This document shows positions 54,751-64,000 of a stretch of 64,000 bases of DNA, piece after piece (position 1 is the stretch's first letter; the number at the start of each line of letters is the position of its first letter). The position numbers and the translations under genes were made by a program. Source of the DNA: Antedon mediterranea (Eukaryota; Animalia; Echinodermata). Location: positions 7,502,001-7,566,000 of the forward strand of contig NC_092671.1 of the NCBI RefSeq assembly GCF_964355755.1. The letters run 5' to 3'. The notes beneath the pieces are model-generated. The model did no database searches. It saw nothing but the letters and a program-made list of their open reading frames with translations, and was not told the DNA's origin.

Positions 54751-57700
54751 TACAATAACACATCAAATGATACAAATTCCACAGACATTTTCTAGTAAAC
54801 CATACTATATTTTTCACTAGATTGTTTGTTTTCAAATGAATCTGAATCACTGCAGGTTTCTTTTTTCTTTGGCAGTTAAGGTCTTGTTACAAAAACATCG
54901 TCTAACTTTATACTCTTCTAATTTCTACCTGCGTATGTTGATCACCATAAAACCGATTGGATTCTGACTTGTAATGGCTTTCTTTTCATTTGTTCAGCAT
55001 TATTACAGTATATACGATATCAAGCCCCAGATGACTCTTTCTGATCCGATAGAACTAGATTTTCTAATTTGGTGTTCAACAGCTGCTTTGTAACCTAGTA
55101 AAAATCACCAGGTACATATCAACTGTTTAGACAGAAATTCACTACCTCTCTCCTATGTTGAGAATATTTATTTTGTTTTTGCTTGATGGTGTTGAAAACC
55201 TACTCTCATCCGGTGCTGCTGTGGAAATATGGGAAAAATCCCTTCATGATGTTGTTTCTGTACTAGGATCTTCAGTAACATAAATATAACTGAAACTTGT
55301 TAAGATAAAATTAACTCGTAAATAAAACAATTTCAGATTATTTCAATTCACTTTCATGTAGTTCAAGCTACTTGGTTCAATGTGGGAATGAAAACATAAT
55401 TATATGCATACTTTATTGACAAATTCTGTAAAAATAGCATTTTCTCTCTTTCAATAGTGATAATATATTAAATTTTCTATATTTTAATGTAGTAAAAAAA
55501 AATGACGACCAATATTGTATAATTAGATGACATTCCAACACTTGCAAACGGATTATATTGTTTACTATTTGTCCTAATTCTTTATTTAAGATATTAGTAC
55601 CAAATGAAAGAGTTCCAAGCTTCATATGTGATGTAATTTATCTGTAATATTTACATAGTAACTGAGCAATATCGTGACCGTATAATGTCCAGATTAAGAT
55701 ACAATAACAAATATTTACTTTTTTTGTTCAGTCTAGACTGTTAATATATCTTAGATATTAGCTGCTTCAGTCCAGTAAATAGCAATATTAAAGAGTTGTT
55801 CAAGTAGGCATGAAGTCCACAAAAATAATTTTTCTGTTACGTCTTGTAGATTATCACTTAATTTATTGAGGATATGGCTCAATTAGTATTGTAAAAATAA
55901 TAAAGTAAAAAAGCTTGTTCATGTATTGTACACCCCTGCCCCCCCCCCACCCACCCTTACTAGGCAGAAATAGATAAATACTATTAATAGTAAATACAGC
56001 ATTTAATGCTTATTTGTTGAGAATCATGTATAGTATTATTTTATGAGTAATATAAACCTTAATCCCCGCCAGAGTCTGGTTTTTCTTTTTTTTAGTTTTA
56101 CCAGCAATTTTAGTGGTATTAATTGTCTGATAGTTATAGTAGCATGATCTATGTTTTGCTTTTTATTATTATAGGATAGAGTTTGAGTTTATATTTCTAA
56201 CATCAATTTTTTTAAATTTTATTCAAAAATCCAGCAAGTTTTTGTAATTTATTTCAAACATTATCTACGAAAATGTCATTTGTAATGTTATCAATTTAGC
56301 ACAATCAAACATCACTGCACTCGGCAAAACAAACAACTACGCCGTGCATGATTTCCATAATTATGTATGTTTCAAGTTTTCGCTACGCTCGTTTGTATTT
56401 AAACTCAAGAGAATAGGATGGAAGTCTGGTACGACAGATACTTAGGTCGTTGGTAAAGAAGAGTGATAAATTACAATGTTTCTTTATCCATGCAATCTTG
56501 CACACGTAGCAAGTTAATTCTTCAAAATGGCGGCTAAGAAAACTATACGATAAAGATAATTCAGACGACATATAATGAAAACAAACCATCTTTGAATTCA
56601 ACTGATGTATTTATGACTGTATTTATTTTGGAATGACAAAATCTGATATAAATCAATGCTTCTTTTATATTTGATTCAAATTTAAAAAGTTTACAGTTTT
56701 TTTAATGAATGTTTACAAATTTATTCTATACAGTTATGTGCTAAAATTAGATATCAACAAATTTTAAATAATAAATAAACTAATTTATTTCACACTTATT
56801 TTCTCAATCATTTCAATTTAAAAATTAGTCAATTTCTTGTAGATTTTGTAATTATAAATCGTAATTAAGTTGTTTAGGGTTGAACGATTACTAGCATAGG
56901 TATTTATAGGCAAAGCAAACAGCTAAACGATAATTTCATAATAAATCTATTAAAAATTTCTTTGAAAAACTCTAATTATGACAATAATGAAGTTTCACAC
57001 CTATTTGGTATTTCCTTTTACAATAATTATAGTTCATTTTGTATTTGGTAGAAATTTGAATTATAATAATAGAAAAATAATAAGTTAATTAAAAGTAATT
57101 ATGAATATTATAACACTACAATACCTAAATAGTAATACATACACAAATATTTCTTTGCAAAATAATTAAATTGCAATTGGCATATTGTTTAATGAGTTGC
57201 GTGTGCTTGTATGTGATAATAAAACGCATTCAATTATCAATTTACTGCAAAATGCATAGTTAGTGGTTAAACATATTTGTTTTGTCATCAGTAATGAGGT
57301 ATTAAAGATTTTGAGAATGAATTCGATAATATGGTTGCTCATGAGCGGTTTTACTGAATTTGTGGTATAAAATGACTCCTAACATGAATTTAATTGTCTC
57401 AAAAATATTTAACTATTCACATAAATTTGTATGTTTTGCATATGGATGTACTACTATCCGAAATACAGGAAATAAACACCAAACTATAGTTAGTTTCCAA
57501 CAACATGCCTAGAATAATTTTAGCTGATTCTTGGAACTGTATCTATATTATTAAATTATTAAATTATTATAGCATTATTTATAGGCAAATTCTATGATAC
57601 AGTATCACATGTATCACAACAGTAATAAAGTACAGATAATAAATGGTACAGAATGAGTTGACTGTGTTTCAAACACCTTGCTACTTTCATCTTGTCCATC

Positions 57701-58297
57701 ATCACAATAACAGGGACCAATCACAGCATTTCTTAATTAGCTTAGGAATGTGCTCATCTTGCTATTGATCGGCCAATCAGTTGGAGTCTTTGTCTTGTCT
57801 GACAACTAAAGATGGTTTGGCTTAGATCAAGACCAGCTGCGGCCAGTGGAAGGATGCTCTTAAGTTAATGTGTGAAACTAATAAGTTTACTTTAACTCCG
57901 ATGGAGATTCCACACAAGATTGTGAGGGTGTAGGACGTATTTTATCATGTCGATCAATTGCTTAGTGAATAATTATCGTGATCCTAATCTTAAAAGTTTT
58001 TAGGTGCATCTAAAGTGGGACAGATATCTTAGTGACATTTAGTACCTGATTCTGCTATAAGAAAAACCCAATAGTGTGTTAATGAATTATTCCATTATTA
58101 CAGCAGAGAGAGTGGAGCAATAATAACCATTTAAAAAATGGTGTTCCCAAAATCACAGTTATAACGTATTTGTCTTCCAATCCCAAGGATCTAGTGCCAG
58201 GATTGAAACTCACGACTCTTTAAATGCGACTTGGTTTTAAGCGCAATAAATTATGAAATAGTTTTTGGCGAGTTGCTCACTGTTGGATGCGTATGAA

Positions 58298-58323
58298 CAT
58301 AGAGATATTATAGTGTCTCTATG
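58298..58323. mobile_element. 26-bp palindromic transposon remnant with 7-bp TSD (P-element-like termini)
   Basis: GTATGAA|CATAGAGATATTATAGTGTCTCTATG|GTATGAA. Confidence 0.7.
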
Positions 58324-60237
58324 GTATGAAATATAAACAAAATTAATTTTTAAAAAATCTTTCTATTTTATAGATTTAGTTGTTCATACTGCAGCTTCTT
58401 TGTTATGATTACTAAGCCATTTCAATTCCGTTGGATTGCTGCAGTTGAAAGTATCAAATCAAAGTATTTCATGGGAAAATTTATGTTTAAATAATAATAA
58501 AGCTACTGCTTACTGAGCTATGTTGGCAATTGTTTCAGATTGATATTAGATATTATCCGTAATTAAGCTTCATTACTTCATCAATTAATTATAAATAAAT
58601 TTCAAAATCCACAGCAAGATAATCCATAGCTTTACTATACTAATTAGAACAAGCATCGTGTTACCAGGCAACTATGGAATGTCAGTCTTTCTTAATTAAA
58701 TTCTTGAGTCATATTTCATTAAGCTTACATGGTTCCCTGAGATTAAACTTTAAATAAACCCTTTATTTTCATGCTCTCTTAATTTTGTTAAAAGTTTATT
58801 AAAAAGAAAGGAGGGCTTTAATGTATTGGGAAATTATTGAGGTGTAGAGGAAAGATTATTGCTTGGTTGAGGTGGTTTAATAAACACAATTCCAAACAAT
58901 CAATTAATAAATCAATCAATAAACTTTATTACAACTTTGAAGTTGAAATACAATAAAACTTTCAATACAAACTTCATTAAAAAGTAAAACATTGCAAACA
59001 CACATCAAAAAGGCAAGGAATCAAAGAAAGCGATAAAAAATGTCATGAAGGGCAGACTTGAATTAACAACCTTTCGCCAGGGGACAATACAACTGTACAT
59101 AATAATAATATGTACATAATCATGAATGATAATGAATTTAGTAGTGTAGTTTTCTTGTCCTTTTGTTTGTAAGTTTTATAGTGGCACAGAAACACTGCTT
59201 GATACAAGATAATGAGGCATTACTCCATAATATTATCAGAAAGTGCAATCTTTATCTGTACATTACATTCGATTCTGTTAAAAGTATATTCAACGCTTTT
59301 ATCTTATTGTTAATTTTAGAAATTGTTCTTCTTTGAAATTGAAACATAAAGAGACAAGGTTATTTACAGTTTGTTGATAAACATGGATAAACTATACTGT
59401 TACTTTGCTAATAAACCGTGACATATGTAAATGGATTGAATGTATTAACTATTATTTTGACCAAATTGTGTGTGAAGACACAATTTTGTCAAAATAATAA
59501 TGAATGTTCAAAACGATACAGAGATTTGCTTGTTGTACCTCTATAATTTAATAACTTCAACTTTTTAAAAATTAAAAAATATTTCAGACAAACTGTCCAT
59601 ATGATACAAACAAAAGAAAAGAAACACATCCTAACAATCTAACTTCATTTTTTTTTCTTAAAATTTATATAAAAGTGAATTTGAAACAGATATTTGTAAA
59701 AAATAATCACCAAAATATTGAGCATGAGAACATGCCAATTCCATAATCAACATTAAGAAAAAGACAGTTGTATGTTTTGTGTGAAACAGCATTGGGTTAT
59801 TGTTCAATCAATGCATTAGTGCTAAAATACGGAGAATTAATTAACTCATTAGCGCCCTCTTGTTGTACGGTAAAGAATGTGGCTGGCCACGAACGTGTTA
59901 TCAGCCGACTTATATTATCCATCTTTACGATCCAAGCTTGCCGCCTCATTAGGTTCAGTAATTTGCAGCTTTCACTTAGTACAACGGCAACTGGAAAGAA
60001 ATAGAAAGCAATTAGAAAGATGATGAGTTGTTGTTTAAAACTATAAACTGTTTATCAACAAAAGCATCATATAAGCCGGCTGTGGAGGATTTCAAAGAAT
60101 GACAGAATAACAGTTCTAAATGTCGCAAACAATTTTTAAATAGCCTATGCTAAAATTATAAATGCTTATTTTTGGTATATTGTAGGTGGTGGTATAAACA
60201 GCCAGATAAAATAACTGTTTTCTCTTTATATATTTAA

Positions 60238-60849
60238 AGCCCCATTCCCTACGTTTTTTAGATTTAATTTAAGATCACAAACTATATTTAATGTAAAAAT
60301 AATACTATATGGTCCTATTGCGATAACTTTTTTCGTCTTTAAACGGTTAAAAATGTGAAAAATAAGTCGATTCTAATAATTATAGCGGCCCGCTATAAAT
60401 CCCAAAATGCATTGCGCGCGGATTGATATTTTTGTTTTTCACCTGTAATTCGCCCACTTTTCGATCGATCGTGAGGCCAAAACAAATGGAAGACTCCTAA
60501 CTTGGGGTTTTCCCCAATTTGTATCAACGGAGTCTGGCAAAAATAGAAAGACAATTAATGCAGCAACTATACAACGTCAGGCTAGGTATATAGCTAGCGT
60601 ACGATGTTCGTACGTTACCGATGTTTACCAGCTAGGCCTACAAAACTAAGCCTAGCTAGGCTAGGCCTAAGACCGTCCACGAGAGGTCGATCGCCGCGAG
60701 CTACTTAGGTAGTGCATTGTTTTTCACTTTTTATCATAGTTTCCCATAAAACGTACATTTAAGACAAGGAATGACATGGTTTAATATTTTTAAAGTGATA
60801 TATATGTATTATTTTCCAAAAAACGTCCAAAATTGCAGGGAAGGGGTCT
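60238..60849. mobile_element. 612-bp non-autonomous DNA transposon with TTAA TSD (Kolobok-type termini)
   Basis: TTAA|AGCCCCATTCCCTAC ... GCAGGGAAGGGGTCT|TTAA, imperfect TIR; CpG-rich interior unlike the flanks. Confidence 0.8.
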
Positions 60850-61113
60850 TTAATTACTGTATATGTATAACCATGGAGCAGATAACATTCATACTATAAT
60901 GCTCAGTTTTTAAAAAATATGTTCAGAAATAAAGTGCGAAAACAATATTTTGTACACTAAAACAGATACGCATTAACTTTTATCACAAGCAGTAGTCAAT
61001 AACATGAACCGTACATATTCTGTAGTTACTCATTTTTCATTTTCTAATGTGCACCAATTTCTAATGAACTCAAAGGAGGTGTTTGCGATAATGCAATTTA
61101 CTCATAATGCTAA

Positions 61114-61299
<186 letters not shown>

Positions 61300-62037
61300 T
61301 AAGCAAGTGACTATGTTGATTTTCAGAAATGTATAGTGAAAGAGAGTAGAACAGTTCTTTGATGAAAAAAATTTAGGCTGGCTCTTCGTGGTAGATTCAG
61401 GAGCGGCGTTTATGTTTGGGCCAACTCTTGCAGTAAACCGTGACCACCAAATCTGGACTCGAATCTGGACTTGATTCAGGAGCAGTACAGAACCCAATCT
61501 AAAGTGTAAATGGAATCTATATTCCACTATAAATAGGTCTGCTCTATGCCACATGACATGTCTGAATACGATATAGGCCTACAACCTACCTGTTCCACTT
61601 AATAGATAACTATTCACAAATTATCTTGTATGTCCTAATTACCTATGTACAACAATCAGTTAAAACTATACACATATATATATTTATCTGTGTTAATTAA
61701 AATGATGATTTAGCGAAGTCAGCATACTTTATATAATTAATATGCTAGGATCCATGCTAGTGCATTAATAGTACATAACCCCTTGAAACTATTTTCTTAG
61801 GTAAACTACAGCCTGCAGTTATTTTACATATTAATATAATTCTTAGTGGTAGAAAAAGTACTTTTCTTAATGAATTATGCCATTTCAACATTTAATAATG
61901 TTGTATAGTAAGGTTTTAATTCTGATTGGGCAAACATACAGATCTTCCTTCAATATAACAGACACTTTGATAAATAAGTATTTTTGGTCAGTAGGCCTAT
62001 GTTAAAAGAGTTATAGTATTGATATCAATAAAGGGAA

Positions 62038-62104
62038 GACTCAGTTGTATAATGGTTATGATGCTTGACTTGTCAGCGAGAGGTCGCAGGTTTGAATCCA
62101 AACG
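62038..62104 (+). mobile_element. Degenerate tRNA-like SINE head or tRNA pseudogene
   Basis: TGTATAATGGTT (A-box-like) ... GGTCGCAGGTTTGAATCC (B-box-like) with tRNA-like spacing. Confidence 0.5.
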
Positions 62105-64000
62105 ATCAATTTATGGTACTAAATCTATTGTGAGAACAGTATGCCATGCAAAACCATTGTAACTATGCTGCTACACAGTGTCCCAACACCATATTGTTTA
62201 AATCTATCTTATCAATAGAGGGAGCTATATTAATGTTCATTATGTATATCAAATTTGCATACACCTGTTCTTGTTTTTCATATAGCTCATTATTGGTGCT
62301 AGTCTTTCTGTTATTGCATAACATTAATTCTAACGAGTACATACACACAGCAGAACATTTTAATTGTGTTTGCATAAAAATGATATATATGAAAACGTCT
62401 GAAATTTAGAAGAATTTAAAGATAGTCTATTGCATATTAATTTAATATTTGACAAAATTATCACTTTTCTGTTATATTATAAAAATATAAAAAATAATGG
62501 CTGTCTTTATATGAACCAATTTCACTGCACCATCGCCAGCATTTTGATCATCCCAAAGTCATAGTCACAACAGAAATAATTAGTACATAATTGAAAAATG
62601 ATTTAGTTTAGTAGTACAGTACTTAAAAGTATTTGAATCGTGAACAAGTGGCGTGTTTCTTATCTCTCTTCACAATCCTCCGAATCAAAGTAAACACTAA
62701 TGTTTGTTTAATTATATACTATGAGTAATCCAGCAATTTTAAGTACTACCTACTAGAGAAAAAAATGTAGTAAGATAAATAAACAGATAACATTAGATTA
62801 ATTGATCGTAGAAATGCTCTTCCCTCTACCAAATTTGCTTACTTTCCATTTTCAATTTCACTGGAGTTGCATATTATTTTTCATAAACATGAAGATATTC
62901 ACTTTATTAATTTATGTCAGGTCAAAATAGATTTATGATATTGCTACTGTTTGTAGATGATAATGAGTATGACATTACAATCATAAAAACCAAGGTTGTA
63001 CAATATTGTATTCATTTCAGCTATTACACGTTCTTCAAAATAATCTTTCGTGCATAAGAATATCTTTAAACAGATTCAACTGTTTCAATTTCTTTATTCC
63101 TCGGCAAGGTTAACTGGTGGTCAACTACATGACTAGTTTATAAACCTGTAAAACAAGAGAACATAAATCATGATAGATGGTTGTATACTTAATCGAAGGT
63201 CTAGCCTGGGAGAACAATATACAGTACAATAGTACAAGATAAAACAACACCAATGGCTTCCCAATATCACATGCATTATAAATCATTCCAAATCATAGAA
63301 CTTCATAGTGATCAAAACCTTAAAATATTAAAAGATATGTTTAGGTCCTTGTAAATACATATGTTAATTAAGGGGAGTGCTGGCTGTGTATAATACTCAT
63401 TAGTAAATACCTTTTCTGTCAAGTTCACGTAGCAATGACTTATTTTTACCTTCAAGCATTTTGACATTTGCGTGGTAAGATATACATTAATAGATAGATG
63501 TGTTAACCCCATGTTATTACCAGCATGTATGAGGTGTTGGTTGACTGGCTTATAGTATCACGGTAGGTCATGTCTAGTGCATATGGCCATTGACTCTTCA
63601 GAATTACATAATTATTTTTTTATAATTAATTTAGTGTAGTTAAATTGTTGTCATGCCAGATTCAGCACGCCAACTGTAAAATTGAAAATAAGATTATTTC
63701 TAATCATAATTAATAATACAAGTGGCATGTTTTTTGCCATTTTGTTGTATTGTTTTATAAAAGTATTTAAAATTTTATCTTATTTTAAAAACCAATCATT
63801 TCCATTTTTTCTGAATTTAACACTTACAGTACTTTAACAGCTGTCAAATTTGCTTGTTCAGATACTCGTTACGAATAAACAGGAAAGAAAATCTTTCATG
63901 TATCAGGGAGCAATTCCAAATTATTGTAAATATCCATATATTACTTTTAGCGATGGATCAAGGATTTTGAAATGTGGGGAAGGGGGCGGGACCTTCTTAA

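Noticed and set aside
61375-61520. MITE-like GC-richer segment after exon 6 (GATTCAGGAGC x2, AATCTGGACT x2, GTGTAAATGG end)
   Set aside because: Probably an old Harbinger-type element, but matching TIRs and a TSD could not be established.

Overview
AT-rich (~30% GC, estimated by eye) animal genomic DNA, most likely an invertebrate; there are no prokaryotic features. The only supportable protein-coding gene is a + strand poly(rC)-binding protein (PCBP/hnRNP E/Drosophila mub family). Six coding exons (31664-31738, 33772-33795, 40977-41009, 44556-44675, 50269-50397, 61138-61266) are joined by GT-AG phase-0 introns. They encode 170 aa covering KH1 and KH2; the gene continues past the window. A TATA-associated non-coding first exon is a candidate at ~10920-10994. 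The rest is intronic or upstream DNA rich in non-autonomous transposons. These include a ~140-bp palindromic TAA-TSD (PIF/Harbinger-type) MITE at 7 loci, one amplified into a 64-bp tandem array; a 1.1-kb TAA-TSD element sharing its TIR core; two TTAA-TSD Kolobok-type elements; a CAG-ended element; a tRNA-derived SINE; an RTE-X-like LINE 3' fragment; and a 23-bp minisatellite. The most unusual signals are apparent transposon excision scars: about 20 dispersed TAGGCCTA palindromes, excess TACWGTA, and a 26-bp palindrome with a 7-bp TSD. Hairpin MITEs also sit ~60 nt upstream of two coding exons. Nearly all ORFs in the supplied track appear spurious.
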